The notes: generated by a model from the sequence alone, not told the origin. Counted from the stretch's first letter, positions 18,301 to 26,093 are shown. The stretch: DNA of 32,000 bases from Pirellula staleyi DSM 6068 (GCA_000025185.1 CP001848.1:5790001-5822000); one strand, 5' to 3'. Program-made: numbers and translations.

Positions 18301-19409
18301 AGGTCGGCGCGGTACCGTGGGCTATCCTGATTAGGGTAGTACCACCAGCCGTCCACTCCTGCGGATCGGGTGCATCCTGGTGGTGCGCCTGGAGTAGCCG
18401 TCCGTTCCGGTCTCTCTGGCTTCTCGTCAACATTTCCTACTCGGCTTTCCTTTCGGCTACTTCGAGTCGCACGAGGTAACTTCGGGAGATTGAGAGTGCC
18501 ATTCGTTGTTGCCGAGATGTGACGGGATATTGCGGGGAAGAACACACCTTGATTAGCATCGACCTCAGCTCCGCAATGCAGTGCAAGAAGTCGACCGTCC
18601 CGTTGAATACAGGGAGATCCTGAGGACCCGCCTTCCGTATCGACTGCATAGAGAACCCGATTCTGGTCTTGCAGCACGTAGCGACTCGCGATGGGCCCAT
18701 CGGCAATCTCAACGGGACGGCCATCTGGGCATTGGATTATGCATGCATAGTCGCATACATCGAGGTTTATCGACAGTGAGTCGTCGACCGCGAACCACCC
18801 GCGAACATCTCCGATGGGAACGGATAAGCGTACCAGCGCGTAGTCTAGTTCGTTTACTACACTGAATGAAACAAGGGCTTCTACTGCTGCCGGCAGAACA
18901 ACCTCACCATCTTCCTCACGAACAGAATGCTCCTTGAAGTCGAAGCGAAAAGCTATGCGGTGGTCGTCACGAAGTGTGCCATCGTCGATCTGTGATCTTA
19001 GTACGTGATAGTTGGTGATGATTAAATCGGAACCGACGAGAAACCCACTGCCAATCGCAGATCCGTCAATTTCGACTCGACAGACCTGAGGAATTCCTTT
19101 TTGGTAGATGGAACCGGGAATGAATCGATTCCGTTTGGTGAGCCGATTTTGCAGAACGTTACGGTATGCGCCCTTTGCCTCCGCCCGCAATACTTCAAGC
19201 TTTCCCGCGTGTTTGGTCAGGAGTCGCGATACCACCCAGACTTCGCCAACCAGCCCTTGGGCCTGCGCTCGCTGAAGGATGTGTGTTCCATCACAGGGTG
19301 AAACGACCTCGCCAAAAACGTACTCAGATAGGTGTCGCAGTTGATGATCTTCAAGTGTCTCATCAATTGCTACAATCAACTTGGACACGAAATTGTGTGA
19401 GCTGGTCAC
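15333..19409 (-). CDS. STAND (NACHT-type) NTPase fused to an N-terminal helical domain, a trypsin-like serine protease and an alpha/beta-hydrolase (esterase/lipase-like) domain
   Basis: 1358 aa, with a GTG start overlapping the upstream stop (GTGA at 19406-19409). Residues 1-95 form a helical domain. Residues about 100-300 (nt about 18510-19112) are a trypsin-like fold with H in ITNYHVL, D in LDYALV and S in GGSSGSP. Residues about 365-640 (nt about 17490-18317) are an alpha/beta hydrolase with MVHGF and the nucleophile elbow AHSAG. Residues about 695-900 (nt about 16710-17327) are a P-loop NTPase with Walker A GEANVGKS and NACHT-like Walker B LLLLESVDE. The C-terminal region of about 450 aa is helical. 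Confidence 0.85.
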   Translation of the reverse strand: MTSSHNFVSKLIVAIDETLEDHQLRHLSEYVFGEVVSPCDGTHILQRAQAQGLVGEVWVVSRLLTKHAGKLEVLRAEAKGAYRNVLQNRLTKRNRFIPGSIYQKGIPQVCRVEIDGSAIGSGFLVGSDLIITNYHVLRSQIDDGTLRDDHRIAFRFDFKEHSVREEDGEVVLPAAVEALVSFSVVNELDYALVRLSVPIGDVRGWFAVDDSLSINLDVCDYACIIQCPDGRPVEIADGPIASRYVLQDQNRVLYAVDTEGGSSGSPCIQRDGRLLALHCGAEVDANQGVFFPAISRHISATTNGTLNLPKLPRATRSSRKESRVGNVDEKPERPERTATPGAPPGCTRSAGVDGWWYYPNQDSPRYRADLLMIMVHGFRSNCLTWDELHLSVQQHLKLECDALLFNYPAGLTEEADLSAAGRQLHSLIKPELDRYQHLLVLAHSAGGLVVKEWLCNDVDEEALHSQISLRRQLSGRRSDDELTPVRDMRLAVLAVRQIINFDVPHFGGDQWKTRFWGGVYEWVLWPLLRSLNVLGMNFGYNRIVRQLEYHGDYVRKLEERYVSLINDLDAVRLPRPLAIEYLAAADNVIAPHVTDYADRSEVDGKTLWVRTDAETATFRRTHTSIRQVNKSYFDIVKSHLRRHLSGWLDGVALAVAWETLCRADDFLVSFRCVQPFGVDNQGKDGPQVAVLSTLNAFARQASNGPAIAVVKGEANVGKSVLARFFARDVCLRYCQLSTEPEHLPMFLLLPQLNISSTDVATLFSGPKANANHAWDLLIRSWCEMASLLVNQSKERFGLPPITISIEWVYRWMHNGQCLLLLESVDEFLDRHHNVIEVADIRRVIQSVVLHPAGAGLNNATRLVSFVRSTLPECESLASAQMRFTVRAPNEEEAFTVYPRLRSELQRVPPALQPLVRSPLILPILGPHIESIPDEQMQSVTAIYDEAFSWLIRDSRLNESFPAISEEQWRDMGSVVAWEFFRSNPGSQSFRNIQSQAIARVQAWSHTPTGVESPEVRSQRARLSRLLPLFADDSILRSLLNRTVFARLGDDPIPGEPEYRGRTYRIPHDNWVQQLAALYLASCTRGSQPDELSFGACTELMFRMAGERLKEFTVSLETLATFMEAASTAPYVLGNFLAMCSIANIRFDGPALDALFTSATPLTGITQLVLATGVGRNALRNDDNFYRNLVITRFQDWIKGENIPAGAEISAIVKSVAWCYLKKLNAEGDIPYPSLWPAIGKAPDPFVVALMCQKEHGRTNISPMNRTLQRAFIEIQNSAIDEVHREITFAHYLYALSVAVYSKGDAEFVRPKLIELLSEGSAVFSRIKAYGVKKLIDILTQCRDISHCRATPSKVVQGD

Positions 19410-20464
19410 TGCAGACCTCGTTCAAAGGCGATGTGTGCGGCCAAGTCTGGATGATCAACTAGCGGATTCCTATTTCCTTGCGCGGCAAAGATCGCTTGAT
19501 TGCGGTGGCGTTCGTATTCACTGACTGGATGGTCCTGGTGCCATTGAAGGAGCGTCTCAAGTCGATCTGGAGTGTACTCAGAAGTCGACGAATTGATTTC
19601 ACCGGGGTAGCGGAGGAGAAAGTAGAGCGTTGCTCGGGCAACCGTTCCTTTTCCAGCGTTCGGTTCGAACTTGTTGGTCTCGCTCTTGCCGCAGTCAGAG
19701 CGGATGGCCTCGCCAAAGTTGGTGAAGTCGAAATAGGGGGTGTTGCTACGAAAACTGTTGCACTTGGATTCGCAAGCAAACAAATGATGCAAGTCTCCTC
19801 GCATCGGTTGTCGCTTGTTGAACCATGACTGCGGCACCACGTGTTCACAGTTGTAAGGAAGATCGGCTTCCAACGATTCCAAGAATGCTGCTTCCAAAAC
19901 TGGGTTTGCGGCTGCTTCCGATCTTCGGAAGCGATTCATACGCTCACGACGGAGTCGAGCAACTTCGAGGTCACGAGCAATGAACTCAGTCGGCTCAAAC
20001 ATCTGGGTCGAGTAGATGCTGCGAATTTTATGATTCGGCTGCAGGTCCACCCACGGGTACAGATGAATCGCTGGTTTGTATCCCAGTACCTTTATGTGCG
20101 TGTTACGCACGAGTTTGCTCAATGCATCAAATAGCTGCGAAGGGTTGAGAGTTGAAGAGATGCCGGAATAGTACGCTTTTCGTTCAGCGGCATCGGTGTT
20201 TTCGTCGTAATAGGGGCGACTGCGGGACTCTTCGAAGATCTTCCTCGCTGCTTCGAAGTCCGCATCTTCCGGTTCCTCGGATGAGCGACTGGCTGCAAGA
20301 GACGGCGTAGCTGGAGGAGGGCTGGATGTGACAACTGGCGTTGCGACGCTCGGCGCTCCCCCAGTAGGAGTTCCCAATGTGACTGACACGGTTAGCGGGA
20401 TCGTCCAGGTAGCCGTTCTTGAGGTTTGGCGAGCTGAATCTGAAGGAGGTTCGTTTGGAAACAT
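19406..20464 (-). CDS. Endonuclease I family nuclease with N-terminal junction motif and Pro/Ser/Thr-rich linker
   Basis: The Endonuclease I landmarks are NCEHVVPQSWF and GDLHHLF...NSFRSN. The track ORF starts at TTG 20485. I prefer ATG 20464 because AGGAG lies 7 nt upstream on the minus strand. No signal-peptide-like N-terminus is present. Confidence 0.85.
   Translation of the reverse strand: MFPNEPPSDSARQTSRTATWTIPLTVSVTLGTPTGGAPSVATPVVTSSPPPATPSLAASRSSEEPEDADFEAARKIFEESRSRPYYDENTDAAERKAYYSGISSTLNPSQLFDALSKLVRNTHIKVLGYKPAIHLYPWVDLQPNHKIRSIYSTQMFEPTEFIARDLEVARLRRERMNRFRRSEAAANPVLEAAFLESLEADLPYNCEHVVPQSWFNKRQPMRGDLHHLFACESKCNSFRSNTPYFDFTNFGEAIRSDCGKSETNKFEPNAGKGTVARATLYFLLRYPGEINSSTSEYTPDRLETLLQWHQDHPVSEYERHRNQAIFAAQGNRNPLVDHPDLAAHIAFERGLQ
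19446..20417. repeat. 972-bp perfect direct repeat, copy 1 (Endonuclease I module plus linker plus junction motif)
   Basis: A row-by-row comparison with 29851-30822 (offset 10405) found no mismatch. The ORF track also gives identical antisense ORF translations in both copies. Confidence 0.9.
20366..20416 (-). other. Junction motif instance TATWTIPLTVSVTLGTP (N-terminus of the stand-alone Endonuclease I)
   Basis: Read directly from the translation of ORF 19406-20485, residues 24-40. Confidence 0.8.
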
Positions 20465-20544
20465 TAAGCAACTCCTAGAAGACAATCAAAGAGTCCAATT
20501 TTGCAATCAACCGACATCCGACACCAACTACAAGTTTTAAGCGA

Positions 20545-23500
20545 TCACTTCATCGCCTCAAAGAATCGCTCTATATCTAGAATTCCATAACCAAAGCTGT
20601 TATTATGCCGTCCATTGTAATGCTTTGTAGTCTGCCAAAGTGCCTTCTTGACCTGAATCGCATTTGGCATTGATGTGCCATTCTTGCGATGAAATGAGAA
20701 GACGAGTGCAATGGCACCTGTCACGTGCGGGGCAGCCGTACTGGTTCCTGACATTGAAATACATTTAGAAAATGTCCCTGCTTTAGCGGCCTCAATTGAA
20801 GCACCAGGTGCAACTAGATCTGGCTTTGGATTAGCGGCATCATCTAGTCTTAGCGGCCCAAATGACGAAGAAGGCTCATTTTGTCCATTCTCGTCAATGC
20901 CGCCCACAGTGATTACGGAACGAGCAGTTCCAGGGATTGATAATGTGTATGATTGAGAGATGTTATTTAGAAATCTCGTCGGTCGCACGCCAGATCGCTC
21001 GAACCACGCATGTATCCATCCCTCAGATTTCACATCAATACCTCGCACTTTAAGTTTCCATTCTCCTCCAGCGATCCTTCCATATCGATTCGGACGCACG
21101 GTAATTTGAAGTCTGCTATCTCCATTGTCATGGTGACGGTAAGAAAGGTCAATTATTGACTTGGTTCCATCTTCGCAAGTTAGGACTTGTCGCGGTGAGT
21201 ATCTGGATACAATACGTGACTCCTGTCCGGTAGGACTAAAGAGAACAAACTCGCAGATATCAGAAGAATTAAACCAGAGTTCCAAATAGTCTTCTGGTCG
21301 GTGAATTTCTGGATCAGAAAGCCACTCCAGAAGATCGGTCCGACCGTTGGCGATCTGAATCAACGCGTGACCGCCAGCTGCACGTTCATTTCCTGCGGAC
21401 TTAACGATCGCAAGCCCTGGTGCTGTGCCACCGTTTGTGTAAGCATCGAATGCCGCCTCAAGTAGCGATGATCCATCATGAGCACCGGCATTCATTCCAA
21501 GGCTGACATTCACGACCAGCGGCAACCCAAACGAAGCAGCACGTGATTTGAGATACGCCAGGGCTTCCACATGACTTGCAGAGTATCCGAGGCTGTATGG
21601 ATCACTGGACATGACAGAAAGTTTTGGTATCACCAGAACGATTTTAGCGTCAGGTGCGACTCCACCTAGATAATCCCCTTCGGCCTTGCCAGCTGCAATG
21701 CTTGAAACATGAGTGCCATGACCGAGGTCGTCTCGCCCCAATTTTGCCGGAACCCTGCCTTCCCTCACGAAACTTCTAATCCGTTCCATCGAGAACACTG
21801 TTCCATAATTGAGAGAGGCCAAATTTGGAAACTCCTGAGCTGGGGTCCTCCCGTACTCGGCTCGCTGATCCCAAATTTCCAAGACGCGACTTTCGCCAGT
21901 TCCATCGCTGGTCAGGAATGCTTTATGTAAAATATCAATTCCAGTATCAATAATGCCACAAATACAATGACAACCAGTTTCGCCTGCCGGCGAGGAGTGA
22001 ACTGCCGGAGCTCCAACATACGATGACGAGCTCCATTCAAGTATCCCTGCAGGCCGACTGGCTTCAATGCTCAGTACATTCTGGTCCTGGTTCAGACTAC
22101 TTAGGGAGGCGGCTGTTCCAGAGCCTGTTATAATTGTTCCAATTACCGATCTCTCGATGAAACCGATCGGACAGGTCCAATCCTCAATTGAACGAACCTT
22201 TACCAACATTGGAAACACTGGATCATTCACTGTAGGCGATCCTCGCTCAGGTTCTGCACTCTTTAATGTAGTGGTGAGGCAGGACTCCTGTACCTGGATC
22301 ATATTTTCTTGTCTTCGCAAAGCCGCCTTTGATTCAAATGCCCCGATATGGTCCAAATATGTATCGTGCTTAACTGTCGTTAACTCCGGACTTACTACAG
22401 TTCGTGCTGGTTTACTCTTTGCCTCAGTCGGTTTCGGTAAGTTGCGATTGAGCGGGACTAGCTCGCTGGAACAAGTTTTCAAATCATTCTGGAGCGGACT
22501 CCCAATTGTGACTGACACGGTTAGCGGGATCGTCCAAGTAGCCGTTGATCCTGCGGATGCCTCTAACGGAGTTTCAGGAGCTACCGTGCTAGGGAAACTT
22601 ACCTGAACCGGGGGATTTCCAGGGACGGGCTCTGACTCATGCGGAATCGGCTGTGGGTTCAACACCACATCTCGCAGCGTTCCTTGCGTGGATGTCAGGC
22701 CTCCCAGTCCTGAAAGGTGCTCGCGAATCGCCACAACGCGACTCCCTTCGTTGGCGAATGCATCATGGCTCTTGCACCAGTCGAGAGTCGCCAATCCGAA
22801 GAGTAAGTCTTCGATTTCCTGAATTGAGACCTGATAGGGCTCCCAGTCTTCGGGCACTGCAAATTCCAGCGGAACCCCCGTAAGCTTTTGCTTGAGCACG
22901 AACCCAAACGCCTTCGGGCCGTCTTCGGTTTTTGCGATGACGATTTTCCAGAACTGTCGCGGAATTTGGATTTTTAGCGGGCCGCTGGAGTCTACGCCAT
23001 TGAATCGCTTATCGGAGGGATCGAGAACAGGACCTGCAAATACAATTACCCGCTCTGCAGTCGTTTCATCCTCGATTAGGTTTTCAAGATCGCCCCAGTT
23101 ATCGACCCCTTTAGATGCCTGATTAAACTTGGCTACCTGCGGAGAACAATTCGTTGTATGAAAAGTGTCACCGTTCCCCTTTTGCATGTCTAAGAAGGAG
23201 TCGCCCCATGCGACATCGTCGCGACGGACGAGATGCCCACGGTCGAAGGCCCCTTGGTCATTGATGAGGAACTTGTCGTGGAGTTGTTCCTCAAGCGGAA
23301 TACGATCGTCAGTGGCCCAGCTTTCAATGGTGTAGTCGTTATCAAATCCATTGAGTTCCTTCCGGGTCGGCTTGTGGCCATTCGACAGCATCTTGTCAGC
23401 TGATTGCCAGCTGACGTTTGCAGCAGAGAATAATGCCAGTCGACGCTGTTTATGCATGACGACAGAAAACTTGTGATACTTAAGCTCGTGGCTGCCATCG

Positions 23501-24945
23501 GCCAGAACCGAAGTGATGTCTCTTCCATCGGAGGTGAGTTCTGGCATTGGAACCAACTCGCCACCATCGAGTTCCAGAAAGTTGGGGTCGTATCCAGTGC
23601 GTTGTTCAAGGTTGGGATGAATCACTGGGACTTGAAACGTAGCTTCGCGCGCCGCATGGACGGGTGCTGTTGCAGGGGCAACAGTCGCGATGGATAACGG
23701 TTGTCCGATGGAGATCGACACTTGGATGGGAATCGTCCAGGTGCCCGTCTGGGAACTACCTGTGCCGCTCACGAACGGAGTGGATGGTATAGGTGCGGAT
23801 ACAGCACCACCACCCAGCGACTCAACGCCGCGCCACGCGCGGTCCCATTCATCGGTGGGCGGAACGCTGCCCACAAAGTTGATGCCTGAATCCACAACCC
23901 GAGGATCACGTGCCAGCTCAAATAGTGGCACTGAGTAATTTGCTTTGAGTGTTATGCCAGCAAAATGCAATCCTACAACCTCACCAGTTTCCACATCGAT
24001 GATCGCCGAACCCGAATTTCCGGCCAATGTCGAGCTATCGTGTGTCATAGCTGGAACGACATAATCGAAGCTCTCAACACGCTCTCGTACTTCGATCTCG
24101 CCAGGAGCCAGCCTCTTGACCCCAAACGTTGTCCCAAAAACCTTTCGTTCTAGTTGTACAGCACGTCGCGACCGGTCATTTCCGCGCCCTGGGTAGCCAA
24201 TTGCCACGATATTGCGTCCGACCAAATCTTCGGGAGCTCTCACCGATAGTTGGAGAGCTTTGTGCGCTGCCGAAAGCCCTTCGACGCGGAAGATCGCCAT
24301 ATCCCAGTAGGGATGCACCATGACCACATCCGTAAGGTGCAAGCTGGTGGACAGATCGCTCGGGTCTAGACCGCTCTCACGCCTGAAATCGATCGCAGAC
24401 TCAATTCCTGGAACGAATGAAAGTTGGTCGCGGAATCGCCCTACTCCACGCACGAAGGCCTCCGCGACGTGACGGTTCGTCATCATCAGATTCGGGCCAA
24501 CGATAAAGCCAGTGCCGATATGTTGTGGGATGCCGCCAGAAATGTCTTCAATACGACCAATCGACGGAATTAACGCATTGATCCTTGACCGAACAGGGGC
24601 TGCGTTGAATTGCGTCCACGGCTCCGGGAGCGTGTCAAACTGATCATCGATGACGAAAACTACTGGTCGGCCATCTTCCTCGACGATCGCCTCGAGATGC
24701 ATCCGCTCGCGAGGCGAGACGTCGTCAAAATCGCCGTTCTGGAGCTTACGTAATGCCACTGTTTCTAAATCGAAGCTCCGCAGAACAAGATCTTCGCGTC
24801 CACTAGAACCGCTGGCTAGGCTCTCTCGAGTCCCATCGCGAGTTGGCGCAGAGGCTCTCTCTTTGGCGAGAGATTCCAGATTGCCAGTGCCAGCAACCTT
24901 GGACAATTTTCTGCGAAGGGCTTGGAGAGAGGCATCTCGCGGCAT
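20545..24945 (-). CDS. Three-enzyme polyprotein: trypsin-like serine protease + DNA/RNA non-specific (NUC/Endonuclease_NS) nuclease + subtilisin-like S8 peptidase
   Basis: 1466 aa. Residues about 125-345 (nt about 23911-24573) are the trypsin-like domain: GTGFIVGPNLMMTNRHV, DMAIFRV, AGNSGSAI. Residues about 440-720 (nt about 22786-23628) are the NUC nuclease: FDRGHLVRRDD...NCSPQ...NWGDLE. Residues about 990-1466 (nt about 20548-21978) are the S8 peptidase: GIIDTGID (Asp), HGTHVSS (His), SAGNE (oxyanion Asn), SGTSTAAPHVTG (Ser). Two junction motifs separate the modules. Confidence 0.9.
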   Translation of the reverse strand: MPRDASLQALRRKLSKVAGTGNLESLAKERASAPTRDGTRESLASGSSGREDLVLRSFDLETVALRKLQNGDFDDVSPRERMHLEAIVEEDGRPVVFVIDDQFDTLPEPWTQFNAAPVRSRINALIPSIGRIEDISGGIPQHIGTGFIVGPNLMMTNRHVAEAFVRGVGRFRDQLSFVPGIESAIDFRRESGLDPSDLSTSLHLTDVVMVHPYWDMAIFRVEGLSAAHKALQLSVRAPEDLVGRNIVAIGYPGRGNDRSRRAVQLERKVFGTTFGVKRLAPGEIEVRERVESFDYVVPAMTHDSSTLAGNSGSAIIDVETGEVVGLHFAGITLKANYSVPLFELARDPRVVDSGINFVGSVPPTDEWDRAWRGVESLGGGAVSAPIPSTPFVSGTGSSQTGTWTIPIQVSISIGQPLSIATVAPATAPVHAAREATFQVPVIHPNLEQRTGYDPNFLELDGGELVPMPELTSDGRDITSVLADGSHELKYHKFSVVMHKQRRLALFSAANVSWQSADKMLSNGHKPTRKELNGFDNDYTIESWATDDRIPLEEQLHDKFLINDQGAFDRGHLVRRDDVAWGDSFLDMQKGNGDTFHTTNCSPQVAKFNQASKGVDNWGDLENLIEDETTAERVIVFAGPVLDPSDKRFNGVDSSGPLKIQIPRQFWKIVIAKTEDGPKAFGFVLKQKLTGVPLEFAVPEDWEPYQVSIQEIEDLLFGLATLDWCKSHDAFANEGSRVVAIREHLSGLGGLTSTQGTLRDVVLNPQPIPHESEPVPGNPPVQVSFPSTVAPETPLEASAGSTATWTIPLTVSVTIGSPLQNDLKTCSSELVPLNRNLPKPTEAKSKPARTVVSPELTTVKHDTYLDHIGAFESKAALRRQENMIQVQESCLTTTLKSAEPERGSPTVNDPVFPMLVKVRSIEDWTCPIGFIERSVIGTIITGSGTAASLSSLNQDQNVLSIEASRPAGILEWSSSSYVGAPAVHSSPAGETGCHCICGIIDTGIDILHKAFLTSDGTGESRVLEIWDQRAEYGRTPAQEFPNLASLNYGTVFSMERIRSFVREGRVPAKLGRDDLGHGTHVSSIAAGKAEGDYLGGVAPDAKIVLVIPKLSVMSSDPYSLGYSASHVEALAYLKSRAASFGLPLVVNVSLGMNAGAHDGSSLLEAAFDAYTNGGTAPGLAIVKSAGNERAAGGHALIQIANGRTDLLEWLSDPEIHRPEDYLELWFNSSDICEFVLFSPTGQESRIVSRYSPRQVLTCEDGTKSIIDLSYRHHDNGDSRLQITVRPNRYGRIAGGEWKLKVRGIDVKSEGWIHAWFERSGVRPTRFLNNISQSYTLSIPGTARSVITVGGIDENGQNEPSSSFGPLRLDDAANPKPDLVAPGASIEAAKAGTFSKCISMSGTSTAAPHVTGAIALVFSFHRKNGTSMPNAIQVKKALWQTTKHYNGRHNNSFGYGILDIERFFEAMK
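22495..22545 (-). other. Junction motif instance TATWTIPLTVSVTIGSP (between the NUC and S8 modules)
   Basis: Codon-by-codon reverse-complement check of 22495-22545; residues 801-817 of the 1466-aa ORF. Confidence 0.8.
22495..22755. repeat. 261-bp diverged repeat, copy A (protease C-terminal helix + linker + junction motif), located after the NUC domain
   Basis: It encodes ANEGSRVVAIREHLSGLGGLTSTQGTLRDVVLNPQPIPHESEPVPGNPPVQVSFPSTVAPETPLEASAGSTATWTIPLTVSVTIGSP. By hand alignment, 72 of 87 residues are identical to copy B. Confidence 0.85.
23698..23748 (-). other. Junction motif instance TGTWTIPIQVSISIGQP (between the trypsin-like and NUC modules)
   Basis: Residues 400-416 of the 1466-aa ORF. 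Confidence 0.8.
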
Positions 24946-24992
24946 GGCATGGATCCTATAAATCCAGAGGGAAAGACGTGTGTGGAATTTGG

Positions 24993-26093
24993 TCAGAGAT
25001 TGGCTTTCGCGGCAATCTTGGCGATGTATTTGTCCAGACTATGATCGCTGACGCTCGGGATGAGTCCTTCGGTTTGCGGCATTGTGTGTGACTCAGTCAA
25101 GGGACGATTGACGCTGACAACTTCCTGACCAATCCGAGATTGCAGTCCCTGATACTCAGCTTCGGTGAGCATGGGCGGACCGGGTTTGAACGCCTCATCG
25201 TTTATCGATTCAGCGAATGCTCGCTCGGTGTTCGGCAAGGATTGGCCGTTCTGTAAACGACCTTGGGCATCAAAGTGTAGCAACCGACCGACATGCTCAT
25301 AGCCAGGAGGGACACGTGGCACGATGTCATCGTCGTTAACGAACCGGAAGAACTTTCCGGAGTAGTTTTGCGAGAAGAACATTCGGAAAGAGCCACGCCC
25401 GACAGCCGGTTGCCCAAATGTGACACCCCAGGAAGCAGGCATGAAGTGCTGCCACTCTGCTGCCATTACGGTTGCGAGTGCTCCACCCAGGCTGTGGCCA
25501 GTTAGGATGAGCGTTTGCCCGGCAATTCCCGAAAGCGCCGACCTCAACCGCGACTCCACAGCCTGAAACGCGCCAAGAAATCCCCTGTGCGTAACTCCGT
25601 ACTCGCGCGTTCGTCCCGCAACATTGATGTTTCGGAGCCAATCGCCACGACTCTCAGTTCCGCGAAACGCGACCAAAGCTATCTCGGGAGTCAGCGCGAC
25701 AAAGCATTGTGTTTCATCAACATCGATGAACTCACAAGAACTGAATCCCCAAGACCTTGCCGACCCAAGGCACGTCGACTTAACGCTCTGCTCGGACTCG
25801 TAAGCCAACTTGCTGGCGAGCGCCAACGATAAAGCCGCTTTCCAGGTGAAGGTCGACTTGGAAAGAGATGAAAGATCAAACGATGCTGTGTCAATCGCTG
25901 GCGGTGACGTCGAGATCTGGCCTTCTTGAAGGCCCAATGGAGTATTCACAGGAGCCGACACTCCCGTGCCGACCAGCATCGGCCGACCGATCTCAACGGT
26001 AACGCGCAAGTCGAGTGGAAACGTTGCTATCGATTCAGGCACGACGCAATGTTCTTTGTCTTGCCTAGTGCATTCTCGCAAGTTGTTCGACAT
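24993..26093 (-). CDS. Class-3 (fungal-type) lipase family protein with N-terminal junction motif
   Basis: The lipase_3 landmarks are the nucleophile elbow GHSLGGALA, NDDDIVPRVP (Asp) and SDHSLDKY (His). The track ORF starts at GTG 26174, which would overlap the upstream gene by 35 nt. ATG 26093 has GGAG 8 nt upstream and is my preferred start. Confidence 0.85.
   Translation of the reverse strand: MSNNLRECTRQDKEHCVVPESIATFPLDLRVTVEIGRPMLVGTGVSAPVNTPLGLQEGQISTSPPAIDTASFDLSSLSKSTFTWKAALSLALASKLAYESEQSVKSTCLGSARSWGFSSCEFIDVDETQCFVALTPEIALVAFRGTESRGDWLRNINVAGRTREYGVTHRGFLGAFQAVESRLRSALSGIAGQTLILTGHSLGGALATVMAAEWQHFMPASWGVTFGQPAVGRGSFRMFFSQNYSGKFFRFVNDDDIVPRVPPGYEHVGRLLHFDAQGRLQNGQSLPNTERAFAESINDEAFKPGPPMLTEAEYQGLQSRIGQEVVSVNRPLTESHTMPQTEGLIPSVSDHSLDKYIAKIAAKANL
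25980..26030 (-). other. Divergent junction motif instance IATFPLDLRVTVEIGRP (N-terminus of the lipase)
   Basis: Residues 49-65 of ORF 24993-26174. It aligns without gaps to the other copies, keeping A-T-aromatic, the alternating hydrophobic positions and the terminal G-x-P. Confidence 0.6.

Noticed and set aside
19406-20485. Treating the stand-alone Endonuclease I gene as a simple truncated pseudogene copy of the 709-aa fusion gene.
   Set aside because: It has an intact reading frame and all the catalytic motifs. It has its own ATG (20464) with an AGGAG ribosome-binding site, and it is start/stop-coupled to the downstream NACHT gene. It therefore looks like a functional separate gene rather than a dead fragment.
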